From: Entomortierella parvispora E1425
Taxonomy: Eukaryota > Fungi > Mortierellomycota
Assembly: GCA_020891255.1 (NCBI GenBank)
Contig: BQFW01000006.1
Span: 62,001 to 126,000, forward strand
Length of the DNA stretch: 64,000 bases
Reading direction: 5' to 3'
Under the pieces are notes generated by a model that was given only the letters and a program-made list of their open reading frames with translations, did not search any database and was not told where the DNA came from. This document shows positions 49,424 through 63,389 of this stretch, piece after piece; positions within the stretch are counted from its first letter, which is position 1, and each line of letters begins with the position of its first letter. The position numbers were made by a program, and so were the translations under genes.

Positions 49424-51331
49424 TTAGTGCAACAGTGATTCCAACACTTCCATTTCCTGCTGCGTCTCTGTTTGATCTTCTGTGACGAAAGACCTTCCAA
49501 AATCAATGAAGAAGAATTTAGAGTGACCATTTTCTTGCTGCACCACAATATTTTGCAGCCGCAGATCACCGTGCACAACTCCATGTTCGTGGATCGCCTT
49601 CAATGCCTCTCGTATCTTGTTTCGGTCTGCTTCATTCAAACGCCGCTCTTTGATGTTGGCTCCGGCAAACTCGGTCGCCAGGACCATCTCCACCCCATAC
49701 GAAACTCCAGCAAAGACAACATGGGGGATGAATTTTCCTTGCAGCTCTTCAAGTTCTTCATAGATTGCTACTTCATGTAGAAGTTCCTTGGCTATTTCCC
49801 GTTCGTTATGGACATCGCACTTCTTGACCACGACATCCTTGCCAAGGCATGAAACCCTCAGCACCACGGCACCATCGTTATAGTATGACAACACCTTCAA
49901 AACATCGTAGGGAGGGAAGTTCAAGTCAGCAGAGCGAGTCGATCTTTTGTTTGAGCCACCTTGAAAGAAATTCCTAATATATTCGAATAAAGACGCATGT
50001 TTTCCATTAAAACACATATTCGAGATTATGTTTTCTATTCCAGTGGGATGCATCAACTTACTTGAATGACCTTGCACCCCCTTTTCTAACCGCTGGCTCG
50101 TATGAGGGGTCCTTGTCTTTCTTCTTGTAGTGCTTGTTTTCTTGTTTTGTGCGCATCGAACTCACTTCTTCTTCAGTGGGTTGGTGGAGCTGCCTGTGTC
50201 TATCAGACATGACCAGTCTCGTGAAACACAAGAACGTCTGCAAAAACGTTGGATCGTTGTCGTCAAGTGCGACACCAGGCGACACCAGAAGTTCATCATA
50301 GTTCGTGCCAACACGCTTCATAAACCAGGACTGCGCATGCGTAGACAACATGCCATACCGGTATCCATTTCCCCATTGATATCCATACGCTTGCTGAAGA
50401 GGATGGACCGCACGGACAGACCCAGCATTGTAATCCGAAACCAGATCGTCCGACGCCAGGACACTAGGTATTTTCATTTCCATTGGAAAGAGGAAAACAC
50501 TCCTCCCGTTTTCGTCCATCGCCCTGCACAGTAAATCAGGTATGCCTGTCCCTATCCTACCAAACGACGCATGCCTGTTCCCAACTCTTGCCAAAGTTGG
50601 TTGAGGAGGCAACACCCTCAAACAACCCAAGTCCTCTCTGAGCAGGTCAGTGAGTCCCGTGTCCACCCAATAGTCTCTTATGACTGCAAAGGATGGTTGG
50701 TCGTATTGAGGGTGGGCCTCATCCAACTGCACTCCAAGGATTTCCTCAAGGAAGTTCTCCCAGAGGGTTACCTTGAGAGGTGATGCTGAGGATACGCTCC
50801 AGCTAGATGGGATACCCTCACGATCACTACTACCCATGAATATTGCAGCTGGTGGAACATACTGCACAAATTCGAACTCGCTGATGAGATCTGCAGCATC
50901 ACAATAATAACAGTCTTAGCGAATATTTTCAAAAGACCACTTGTCGGCTTTCATACACACAATCATTCTTGTAATTAAATGTCAAACAAGGCTGCATTAC
51001 CTAGTCGCTGGACGATGATGTGGATGGTGTCCTCGGGCAATTCAGCGTCAAAGACCTTGGAAAGCTTTGTAGTGGCCTTGAGCTTCTTCTTATCGGTCTC
51101 CAGTAGGTTGTTAATGTAGATGGGGACCTCGTTGTTGTCGTCATTAGGGACTGGGATCGAGACAAGCCAGAGGGTGAGGTCCTTGGCCTCAATGCCATCA
51201 AAAGTTTTGGGAATCTCGTCCTTGATGGCTTTTTTGAGGTGGTGGACTGTCTTCGATGGGTCAATGTCGACAGAGAATGGAGTAGCTTCAGTATCAACAA
51301 GGCAGAACAGACTGAGAATATTACTGGTCAT
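49424..51331 (-). CDS. Crinkler effector-like protein #2 (CRN header, REase-like domain, kinase-like domain; 3 exons)
   Basis: LSLFCLVD..PFSVDI..LKKAIK..AKDLTLWLVSIP..IHIIVQR; exon 51331-51001, exon from 50890 (PDLLC..FPMEMK), last exon with HGVVHGDLRLQN and FIDFGRS; paralogous to 21710-23718. Confidence 0.88.
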
Positions 51332-52104
51332 TGTGTTGCGAAGTATGGGAGAGGTTAGGCGTGGCAGTAGTGGCAAAGGAAGTGCGGGTGATGGCAAGGG
51401 TGGAAGTTGGGCTGAATGGAGTAAGCGAAAAATGACCAAAGGCAGAGTATTATTGTTTTTGTCCACAGGAATTGGTCAAGGCCATGTATAGACTTTTTTT
51501 TTAAATATTTTTTGCTAATTGTGTTGGGCAAAGAAAAGACCGAGAACGAGTGGGGGATGGGGCACATCAGCAACTTAGTTTGAGTCGTTGCGAGAGTCAT
51601 CTCCATCGTCGTATCAACGATGCTTTGTTGCAGGTTCATCCATGACGGATACTCGCTGCCTTGTCCCCCCTCAGTCTGGTCCAGCTGTCGCTTGACTCCT
51701 TACAGTAGATCCAGCGCCCGCATATGATTTTCGGGGAAGAGGTCGTGTATATTGTTCTTGTCAATTCTCAGCGAAATGCACTCGGGTCTGCCTCCTTGTG
51801 CCGCACGGTCACGAATTCGTTCACTTTCGTATGGTCACCGGAAATGTACCCTCGACACCTGCAAGCTCTGCTGGATAAGCAATAACAACCCCAAAGAAGC
51901 TTAGGATGGCCAGTACAATACTTCTCAAGCATTGACTCTTCAAGATGACCCTGCACTGCTTCAGGCTTGGCCGTAGAGAACGCATCAAGGTTATCTTTCT
52001 TTGTCATCTTGTGTTGCATCTTCAACTGAACGAAAACAGAACAGTAGCCATGACTGTTGAGATGAAGAACGAACACAATATCCGGCCCTGAGGGTGTCTC
52101 GGCT

Positions 52105-52629
52105 GATCCACATCGAACGGCGTCTTTTCAGAAAGCCAGTCTGCTAAGGCTACCTTTCCCATCGAGACAGACCACGTCCTGTGAGTCGATCGTTCCCTGA
52201 ACCGAGATGGCGATCATACCTAGCAAAGGCAATATGAGGGTATTAATACATGGACGACGGAATACACTCAGGACAATCGATCGACGATCCTGACTGATGT
52301 GCCACTGCGGATATGTTGCATGAAGGTTGGGGTCAGAAAAACGGTCAGAGGCACATGGGCATGGTAGTAGTGAGCGTCCTGAAAGAGTCTAGCGCGACCG
52401 GCAAACAGACTTGGACCTGTTTTTCCGACAGGGAAGGAAAAAAAGTATTGTTAATTTGGGCCGAGAAAATGGTCACCAAAAAAACTTTTTATCCAAGGAA
52501 TGTTACCCGCTGGTTGAATGGGTGGTTCTGGATGAGACGCTGGTGCAGTTGCTTGGGGGAATGGAAAGAGTATTGAGAGATGAACTGGCTGGCGCGAGGC
52601 GGGGCAGTCTTTGGGAAGAAGGTCGACAT
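52105..52629 (-). pseudogene. 5' fragment copy of Rpp40 (exons 1-3)
   Basis: Homologous to 25949-26512; 31-bp frameshifting deletion in exon 2, intron-2 donor GT changed to GC, homology ends inside intron 3. Confidence 0.85.
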
Positions 52630-52989
52630 GAGGGAAAGGAGAGAGGAGGGATGCAGGAAGACAGGCAGGCAGACAAGTCAAAAGGCAAGCACAGGCACAT
52701 ATGTACACACATACACGGGCAAAGCCACCCAAGAGACAGGGACAGACACAGGGACAGGGACAGACAGGGCAAAAGGAAAGCAGACTAAAATAATCGTGAA
52801 TACTTGTCGCGTCTGTCCTTTTGTTTGTTGTTGTCATTCGTTGCTGTCATTCCTTGCCGTCATTATTAACCATTGCCATTGCCATTCATCACCTTCTCCC
52901 TTCTCCCTTCTCCCTTCTCCCTTCTCCTTTCTCGCTGCACACTCTTCTTTCACCCGCACTCTCACTCTCTCTCAAACACTCCTTCAGAC

Positions 52990-55953
52990 ATGGACCCGCT
53001 TAATCGTTCGGTAAACACTCCTCTCTCGTCCCCGCTGCCCTCGCCCGGCCTGGGAATCGAAAACAAACAGCGCCTCCCACATGAAGAGAAAAGCGCGTCA
53101 TGGATGCCCATTGCTAACCCCCACCATGCCTCCTCCTCATTAGATCTCAAAGTTGAAGCCGCCCTCAAAGATTGTCCCAACTACCACGCCGTCGTCTGCT
53201 CTTTCGACCGCCCTGGCCGTGGCTGCCTCATACAGCGGCGACGAAAACAAGTCGACAGCGTACTCACAACTACCCAACACCACCACAATGTCCTCTGGAA
53301 TGAATGGCACAAAGAGAAAGGCAGAGGAAACCGCTCTCAATAAGCGCGCAAAGGGCACCGTCTCGGCACCCTCCAAGCCCGCCCCTCTTACCTCGACAAA
53401 TACTCAGAACCAACCCATGACGCGGAGAGCAGCAGCTCCAGCACCCACCAGGACCACCGCCCCACAAAAAGGGACTGGCCCCACAGGGGTATCTTTGACA
53501 CGCGTTGAAGCTCGAAGCACAGCAGGCAGGATCGTCCCTGGCTCCTCTGCCACTTCTGCGCGTAGACCCAATGCGATGCCTGCAAGAGCCGCAAAGACCA
53601 CTGGTCCATCAACGTCTAGAACTCCATCAGGAAATAGTACAAGAATCTCCTCTTCTAGGCCGGGAGTTGCTTCAAGGCAACAACAACCTAGTCCCTCACC
53701 CAGCTCATCATCATTGGCCTCAGATGCCAAAGGAGGACCATCGAGCGCCACAGCACTCAACAATGCAGACATTTTGGACGTCCTTGCTCTCCCTAAAAAG
53801 AAGAAGCGACCTGCATGGGATACCAAGGGCCGCTTGGAGGATATGGAGGAACTCACAGGAACCTTACATCAGCTCTTGCACACCTCCACTACAAACATGA
53901 GCGACCTGACTAGCAAACTGGAATCGAGCGAAAGCAAAAGTATGCCCCACGTTTTTTTCTCCTGAATGCCGCTGGATTGTATGTTACTGGATATGTTTCT
54001 GACATCCGCATACCTTGCCTTTAGTTTCCGAGCTGGAAAGCTTTAGACAGACTCTTCAGAGCAAGGTGGCTGTCAAAGAGATTGAAAACAAGGATATTCT
54101 CCAGAAAATGCACCACGTCGAGCAGGATTTACAGGTACAGAAACGCTTCATTGAAAGTTGCATTTTTCTACACTTCTCCTACTGACACCCATCTTCATCT
54201 AACAGATGACGGCTCGTCAGCACGCGGACGAAATTCGCTCACTAAAAGCACAACACTCCTTGGAAATGGAGCAACTCAAGATGACTCAAACCAGATTGAA
54301 GCAAGAGATGGATATGTTGGAGAACAAGCTGCGGTCTACCAATACGCAATTGGAGAGTCAGATGCAAGAGAACATGAGCCTACGTTCCACAATCTCTACC
54401 CAGTCTTCCAATTGTTTAGCATTAGAGAGCGACAATAGGGCAGCAAAATTGAAAATCGAGGTAATGGAGAATGCTCTGGACAGTGACCTTAGCCCAAGTA
54501 CTCTGCAGATTAGGTGTGTATGTCGCTGACTTGCTGGAATTTGTTTGTTGATGTAGAGGACCGAGAAGACTCTTGCTCAGCGTGAGTCCACCATTGAGAC
54601 GTTGGAGCGTCAGCTCTCAGAATCGCAACTTCTTGTCAAGGACTTGGAGCAGCGGATCCGAAACGAAGAGTCCATTAGACGTCGTCTTCACAATACAATT
54701 CAGGAGCTCAAGGGCAACATTCGCGTTTTCTGTAGAGTCCGACCCGCCACTACCTCCAAAACGACAAAATCAGAGTCAACAGTGGCTCTGATCAAGTATC
54801 CAGACCAGGAGGGCCGCGAGATTGAGTTCGCTCATGCGACAGAGTCGGCCACTGGGAATCAGACAGAGAAGCGCTACCCATTCACCTTTGACAAGGTCTT
54901 TCAGCCATCGTCAAAGCAGGAGGACGTATTCGAAGAGATTTCCCAGCTTGTGCAGTCGGCACTGGATGGCTACAATGTCTGCATTTTCGCATACGGTCAG
55001 ACTGGCAGTGGAAAGACTCATACTATGGAAGGGCCACTAAACGCAAGTGGAGAATCCATGGGTATGATTCCTCGATCAGTCCTTCAGATCTACCAAAATG
55101 CCAAAGCGCTCGAGGAGAAGGGTTGGAAGTACACCATGGAGGGGCAATACGTTGAGATTTACAACGAGACCATTATTGATTTGTTGGGGAACGATGGCAT
55201 TGATTCGTCCAAGAAGCATGAGATCCGACATGGACCTAATGGCAAGACAACTATCACCGATGTGACAACAGAGATTCTCACATCTCCTCAGCGCGTGGCA
55301 ACCTTGCTCAAAAAAGCCGCCCATAATCGGACTGTTGGATCTACCCAGATGAACGAGCGATCTTCTAGAAGTCATTGGTAAGACAGAACAGGTTGAAATA
55401 TCTGGATGTTCATGATGGGCGCTAACAAGATGTCCATGATGAAATTGATCTTGTAGCGTATTCACTCTTCGACTGGCAGGAAAGAACTCCATTACGGATG
55501 AGTCAAGTGAGGGTGTCCTGAACTTGATTGATCTGGCGGGCTCCGAGAGATTGTCGCAATCTGGAGCAACCGGGGATCGTCTCAGAGAAACTCAGGCCAT
55601 CAACAAGAGCCTGAGCTGTCTAGGAGATGTCATTTACGCCATCTCAAACAAAGATCAGCATATTCCTTATAGGAACTCCAAGGTATGCGGCTGAAAAAAT
55701 ATCAGCAACACTGCCTTAAAAGCTGCAAGGGCCAATTCGCTTCTTTTTATTAACATGATCATTTCGCTTTAAACCATAGTTGACGTATCTGCTCCAGAAC
55801 TCACTTGGGGGCAACAGCAAGACGCTCATGTTTGTGAACGTGTCCCCGTTGATGAGCAATTTTAACGAGACGTTGTGTTCGCTACGATTTGCAACCAAGG
55901 TCAATGCTTGCACGATAGGCACGGCGACCAAACGGGCTGTGAAGGCACAATGA
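52990..55953 (+). CDS. KAR3: Kinesin-14 (Kar3/KIFC1-like, C-terminal motor), 7 exons
   Basis: [20 protein letters not shown] neck, [57 protein letters not shown]; exon 1 is MDPLNRS (52990-53010). Confidence 0.93.
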
Positions 55954-56334
55954 CGGCGTAGGCGATAGACGTAGACGGACTGATACCCCCTTGCCCTTTT
56001 GTTTGAATCTCTGTCTGCAAAATATATCGATTGTTATTTTTTTTTCTTTTTTTGTGAATTATGTTGTTTAGTTTATAAACTACCCGATGAATTTTAATCC
56101 CACTTTCCCCATCCATCCATCTCATCATCCCATTCCATCCATCCGCCTCATCGCTCACTTTTTTTCATCTTGTCCTTCATCTTCCTCTGTCCGATGCTGT
56201 GCTGATTCCTCTGCCCTCCTGCCTCCCCCTCTCGTTCCTTCCTTTTTTCTTCCCTCCTTTACACACATTGTGTCCCGCCTTCCCTTCTCCCTTCATCCCT
56301 CTTCCCCTCTGTATACCCAGCACTTCATCTCCAC

Positions 56335-59300
56335 ATGGGAAATAAGCAATCCTCCGAGCACCAACGTCCTTATCAGGGCCGCAATGGGTCTCGCCCCGAG
56401 GATTGGTATCTCCCCAACAACAGGACCCATGGCAATCTCAATCAGCATGGCAGCCACTCACAGTCGTCGCCCAGCAGTTCCACCACAGGCCACTTTCAAG
56501 GCTATCCCCGTGGCCGGGCCTCGTCCTTGACTGCCAACAGGAATGTCTCGACCACATCTTTTACCAGTAACGCACCGGCACCTCCACGAGGACCCGCCTA
56601 TCTCCATGCCAATCAGTCCACCTCCAGCATTGCACAGTGGTCACCTGGTCGCAAGAGTCATCCAAAAAAGATTGTCAGCATTGGTGAACCAACTGATGTG
56701 GAGCATGGGATCCACGTCGAATACAACGCCGAGCGGCGAAAATTCATGGGTATCCCCGACGTGTGGCAGAACGAGGTCCCAACGGACGATCCTCTCGACA
56801 CTACCTGTATTAGCCCGCATCTTGTGCCCATGGCGCCTGAAGGTAAGGTCCCACGTCCGTGCATATCCACGCTGTTGTTTTGGAAGGAGCTACAAGCTGA
56901 CAAATATCTTTTGATTCAAACAATGCCGTGTCTGTAGAGCGCAAGATTGGATGGCCATATAATGTGCAGCACAAGGCACACGTCGACATTGATATCTCTG
57001 ACTCTGGCAAAGTGGGCCTCAAGGTAAGGATGACCCACCCCACCACGGGTGCTTGCCAGCAGGTTGTCGTGGCTCGGGCGTTTAATCCGTCGGCGTCTGT
57101 GTGATGTCTGTGCCTAACTCGTATTCTTGTTTGTTGTTCTGACCTTGCAGGGACTCCCGACAGAGTGGAAGGCGGTACTGGAGTCTCAGGGTATCAGCGA
57201 GCAGGAGATCAAGCAGCATCCGCAGGCACTCAGGAAACTTATGCAGCTGCAGCTTCATGATCTAGAGTTGCCACCACCCTCTCGCCCACCTCCACCCCCA
57301 CCAAAGCCGCAAAACAAGCTGCAGCTGGCTGCCGTAACGGAATCATCAGGGCAAAGAACATCGCGCCTTCCCGAGCCCCGGCCACGTCAGGATCTTCAAT
57401 ATGTTTCAACACCAAAAGATGGCTCAGTAAACCCTCGCCGCACCTCCAGTCTCAATCCTGCAGGTCGCAACCCACTAGAGTCGCCACAGTTCCCAAAAGC
57501 ATCCATGCATCATATCAGACCATCGCCCGCACCACGGAGCAACAGCGACAGCTGGGATTCAAAGTCAGTGATCAGTTCGACCCCAAAGACACCAACTTAT
57601 CCAATGGGGCCCGTTCGCGAGGTGGACGAGTCTGCCCAGTCATACCCAAGGATGCGAAACCATTCTGCAGGTTCATCCCCTGTAGATTCCAGACAGAGTT
57701 GGAGACCCAGAGCAAGGGAAAGTGAAGAGTCCATGGTATCTTCCAGAACACGTGCTACCGAACCATCATCTGCAGCGCCGACAGGATCCCTGCTTTCCCC
57801 TGCATCTGCAACGGGATCTTTAACTGGATCGGTAACCACTGGATCGGCTAATACAAGCGATTATGGAGGCTCTCCGACGCCCTATACCTCCTCGTCCACC
57901 AAACCTCACGGAATGAGCACAAAGTCAGCACAAGAGGCAGCGCCTACCCCAACAGCCCCTAGCCCTCAACAGCCCACTGTAATTCTCTCTAAAATCACGC
58001 CACCAACGACCGTACGGTCGCCCACGGACTCTAACCCTTTACCAATATCATCGTACTTCAAGGAGCGTTCTCCCGCCGCTTCATCAAAGTCCACCAATTC
58101 CAATACTTTGCCTGAAAAGTCTGCAGCCTCCGCCCCAACCTCAGCCACGAATTCTCAAAGCATCCTCACGCCTCACCACTTGCGGCGAAAATCCGTCAAG
58201 AGCATGTACGTCAACATACCCATGCCATCCAATGGAGACGCGAGTGCCGAAGCAGGAGAGAAGGCAGTCGACGGGACTGCGGATGACACAAACAGGGAAG
58301 GCGCCTACGCTGAGGACGAGGCTGAAGAACGGCAAAAACTTATGCCGACTCTTTCGGATGACTTGCTGCGAAAGTATGCAATTGCCACTTCCAATGCACC
58401 CCTGGATGGGACATCCTTGCCAAAGAGCAAATCCGTTGTCTCTAATAATGACGCTGCTGGATCAACTGCGAGTTCAGAGCCAGTGGTGGCACCTGTTCAG
58501 GAAACAAAGCCAGAGTTGACCTATGACCAGTCAGTAGAGGACGAGAATGATATTGCGTTTATTGAAGAATATGGTCTCAAGGATATTTTGAGTCGACCCA
58601 GGCCGTTGGATCCCAATCAACTTTACGCGGACCTTGTCAAGATTGCGGAAGGAGAGTCTGGATTCTTGTTTTCAGCGACAGACATTGCGACAGGAGGGCT
58701 TGTGGCGGTCAAGATGATTGCCAATACAGTGACGACAAAAATGAAGACGATCCGGAACGAGCTCCAGCTCATGAAGTCAAGCCACCATCCCAACATTGTT
58801 GCATTCATTGCATGCCATTTGACCAGGTCGGATCTCTGGATGGTCATGGAGCGGATGGATATTTCGCTGGCGGATGTCATTGCTATCAATCCCTACCAGG
58901 GCCAGCGCCATCCCGACCAAGGATTGATGCAGGAATGCCATATGGCGCGCGTGGCCAAAGATGCTTTGGAGGCCATTGCTTTTCTTCATCAGCACGACCG
59001 TATTCACCGTGATATTCGCAGCGACAATATTCTCCTGGATGCGCAAGGAAGAATCAAGTTGGCCGATTTTGGCCATTCAGTACAGCTGACAAAGGAGATC
59101 CCACGGAGAAACTCTGTGGTGGGCACCCCCTATTGGATGGCGCCAGAGGTGATTCGAGGATTCAACTATGGCACTCAAGTCGATGTCTGGAGTTTGGGTG
59201 TGGTCATGCGAGAGATGCTGGAAGGAGAGCCTCCCTATCTACACGAGCCTCCTCTTCGAGTAAGTCGGACAAGAAAATGATCGTAGCCCTGTTTCAAAGA

Positions 59301-59944
59301 TGCTGGATGGATTTTTGCTGAACATGTTTTTTTCACTATCTGACCATCTTTTATTTTCCGGTTTTTTTCAGGCCATGTTTTTAATTGCCAGTGGAGACCT
59401 TCCTAACATCAAGCATCGAGGACTGGCTTCCAAGAGATGCCTTTCGTTTGTGGCGGCATGCACGGCTGGTGAAGACGATCGACCTCAAGCCAAGGACCTT
59501 CTTCAGCACCCGTTCTTGGGATTGGCCTGCGAACCTTCTGTCATGTCGCAGCTGCTGACTCGAACATATGAGCTCGAAGCCAATGCCGATGACGACGAGG
59601 ACGACGAGGAAGGGCAACAAGAATCCAATGCTCATGCACCCGTCGGCCTGGAATCCACACCCGAAACAGAAGAGACCAAAAAGGAAGCCGGTCCACCTAT
59701 CCCCGCCGCTGCCCCTGTCGTTGCTGCCACAGCAGAATCACCTCGTTCAGATCCACCACGATCAAGCGATTCAACAGATCATGACCGGTCCTCCGAGACC
59801 AAGAGCACAAGTTCTAAGGAAGCCGGAATTTTAAAAGAAGACACGTCAATAGGAGATGACTTGGAAGAGTCGGTCGTGGTCGTCGCAACAAAAGTCGCTC
59901 GCCCAGCCATGGGCCGCGCTTTTTCACCCACCCAACTGCCCTAG
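56335..59944 (+). CDS. p21-activated (PAK/Ste20-family) Ser/Thr kinase with two CRIB motifs, 4 exons
   Basis: MGNKQSS N-terminus; IGEPTDVEHGIHV and IGWPYNVQHKAHV; kinase AEGESG, VAVK, HRDIRSDN, DFG, GTPYWMAPE; exons 56335-56842, 56938-57023, 57151-59259, 59372-59944. Confidence 0.92.
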
Positions 59945-60045
59945 TACACAGGGCTGAGTGCAGTTGCGCATCCAATAAACGATCCTTCCGCAACTTTCAT
60001 GTCTTTTTTTTTCCCTCTTTATTTTCAGGAGATAATGTACGAATC

Positions 60046-63000
60046 CTAGAACAATTTCTTTTTACGACTGCCAATGGCGAGGACCATGCGCGAAGGAGTT
60101 TGACTGGCCTGGCTTGGCTGGCTCCTGGTAGCTGTCGTGGTGCGTGGTGCGCTTGCACTGGTCCCGGCAGCGGCAGCAGCGGGAGCTGCAGACTTTTTTG
60201 GAGAGGCGGCACGTTTTGGAGCTGCTTTTGGTGCTGGCTTGGCCTTTGCCTTGGCAGGGCTATGGAAGTAGAGCGTATAACAGTCAAAGGTCAACGGTCA
60301 ATTGTCAATAGTTATTTTCAGAGTTAAGTCTCAAGGCTCACAAAGGCAGGAAATGCACTTTACCTTTTGGCGCGTCCTTTTCCTTTGGCAGCGGCACCTC
60401 TCCGTGGTGCTACAAATTCTTCCTCGCTTTCCCCATCTTGGCCCACTTGATTGTCCTCTTCTTCATCCGTGTCCAGCACCACCGCAGCTGCACGGCCACG
60501 AACAGGTCGACTGGGACTGCTACGTTTGCTGGAACTGCCCTGAGCCTCATCCACATCGAACAAATCATCATCATCTCCCTCATCCTGCGAGTCTGCTGCC
60601 AGGACTTTGTCCTTTCTGGCTCGAGAATTGGCTGCAGCTTTTGAAACAGACCTGCTGGATGTTGTGGCGGCGGCAACGGCAGCAGCAGCGGCAGCAGCAG
60701 AGGTGGCTGCTTTTGAAGCGCCTCGCCCAACAGCTTTCTTTGGCTTGGGCTTTGACTTTGCTCCTACTCGATCCTCCTCGCTTTCGTCGTTGACATTGGC
60801 ATCGTCATCCTCATCGTCAACATCCATACTGACGTCTGGGTCCTGAGTGTTGCTGCGTTTCTATAAACAATAAAATGCAAAGGTGTTGGTCACTCGCTTT
60901 TGGGACGGTGATTACCCATACGACATTACAACTATCTTACATGGTTCAACAGTCCACCATTTGGATTCTCCCGAGCATACTTGGCAGCCTGGCTATCCTT
61001 TTCTTTGTTGATCTAGACAATACGCATATTTGTTATGTAAACATGTATTTCGGAAAACTTCAAATGAAGTTGGCATTTTTTGTAAAAGACTTACTTCCTT
61101 CAGGAGTGCCTCCTCGAGCTCAATATTCTGTTTGGTTTGCATGACGGACCTCATGCGTCCAAGGGATGTGGAAACAAAACTAATCGCAAGATAGTCGTCG
61201 TTAGATCTCAAACACACGCCTTGAGCACTTGGCGGACAAAAACATCCTCGGCACTTACTCCTTCACGGCATCCTTTTCGTCTTTTTCGACATAAACGCGG
61301 ACTGCATCAGCAAGTTCAATTTCTGCCAGGATGCTAAGGTTCTGCGCCGAGAGATACTTTTGGACCAGATTCTCTACCCTCATCGTGTCCAGCTTTTCTT
61401 CCACATCGACCTTGTCCATCTCTGCAGCAGGTTTGGATGCTAGGAATGATCATCCAAAAAAAAAAAAAAAAAAAAAAAAGTTTAATCCGACCTGAACCAC
61501 TGAGCCTGACTCTCCATAAACTCCGGAACAAAGAGATCCTTACCATTCTTGACAGTTCCTGATTTCTTTCTGTAAAACTGCACGAGCTCTCGCGGATTAG
61601 CGACCATGTCCACAAACTCCATTCCAAAGCGTTGTGGGTTGAAGATCTCAAAGCCTCCGCTGTACTCGACCTAAGTGAGGAGGGCAATTCCTTAGTCATC
61701 TTCGTGCCATATAAAGGTGTCATACATTTGGGCAGATTCGGATTTTACCCTGAGGCGAACCAATGGCTTTGGAATCTCTGGTGTTTCCGGTGCGCTACCA
61801 TCATGCATGGCCTCTTCCTCATCGCTATCGTTTTCACTGTACATTCGTCGCTTCCGACTCGTTTGCGAATTTTTGGCAACCCACTCCTCTTTTGCTTTCT
61901 CAATCAGAGCTTTGACCTAGCGGATAAAAAGGCAGAGGCAGTCTGTCAATACGGTGCGGATAACTCCAGCATGGTACTCAGGTTCCAGATGATGACTTTG
62001 CTTACCCTTCTGGAAATGAAGCTATTCACTTTTTGCTGGTCGTTAGGATCCAGCTGATGATCAGCTAGAGTCACATCCGACATGATGAATGGCCGAACAC
62101 TCTGTAGTCGCATCTTTTGAATGTTGAATTTTGTCTTGCAGATCTTGAGAATCGCAACATGCTTGTCTTTCGACTCGCCCTCGGAGAGACTGGTAGCAAC
62201 GGAAGAGCCTGGTTGACTCACGTGAAACTGCTGCTGGGGGTTGTACATGGGGTCGATCAAGCATTCGTGCTCGTGTCCCCAAATAACCAGGTCAATGAAC
62301 TCGTCCAAAAATGCCTCTGGGATATAACTCTTTGGGCCATGCATCACTCTATGTTGCATCCAAATCAAGTTAACGGACTCGAATCATACGTTGAGGCGAG
62401 GGCATATCTTGCAGCATTGCGAGTTGCTTACCGGTTCTGGTGCAGGACTAGCAAGTTGTACCAACGCTCCTTGTCTTCTTCTTCAACGGGCCTCATCATT
62501 TTTACATTCCGTCGCAGAAAGGTCTGATGGAGTCGCTCGTCCCGAATATTGCCAATACCAAAGAGAGCCAGCCGCGTTTCGCCCTTTTGCAGAAGAATGG
62601 GTTTGACAACCACGTTATCAATCTCTTGGGAGCGGCCAAAATAATTGACCAATCCATTCATCGCCAAAAGATCCAGAGCACACAAGTTTCCATCTCCTGA
62701 AGGATCGTCATGGTTTCCATGAATCGAAAATACGGGTAGTGAAACGTTCAAGTTTGGATCCATATAATTCACCGATTCAACACTAGTAAAAGAGTGGGTC
62801 AAAGATAAGTAAGGCAATCCAGTTCATATTTCTGTCAATAGCACCATGGACTTACCCTTCTGGAAAGTTTTCAGAGGGATCACTCAGGAACTCTATACTG
62901 ACAGGCCTGTCACCGAGGCAATACTTGCGCAACAATTTGGACGTGATGTGCATAGTCTTGCGAGAAGGCTTGTTCTCGTGGAAGAGGTCCCCCCCAAGGA

Positions 63001-63389
63001 GGACCATATCGACCTAATTCCCGAATCAGTGTCAGTATCCATGTACTTTTCATCAGACAGCGAAAGATTACCTAGCGCATAAAAGATCCCAGTACCTCGG
63101 ACTCGGCCGCCAGGGCGAGGATTTCCTCGAAAGCAGCAAAAGAGTCGTTGCCTCGAACGGGGTCCCGCTCCAAGTATCCGAGATGGTTATCAGTTGCAAC
63201 CAAGATGGTCAAGGTGTCTCTGTCATCGCCTTCACCCTCGAGTAACTGCGACGCGCTTGTTTGCTCCTGACTATAAAGAAGACAGCCTTCATGTCAATTC
63301 GGGCTGGATCGTGACCTCGGACTGGACATGCATGCAAAAGGGAGTGATGAATCGACTTACGACGATGGCACAGACTCTTGACTGTCCAT
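60046..63389 (-). CDS. MRE11: Double-strand break repair nuclease Mre11 (multi-exon)
   Basis: [63 protein letters not shown]; acidic and Gly/Arg-rich C-terminal tail. Confidence 0.96.

Noticed and set aside
51620-52090. 102-aa minus-strand ORF between CRN-kinase #2 and the Rpp40 5' fragment
   Set aside because: No ATG-supported model or motif; origin unclear.
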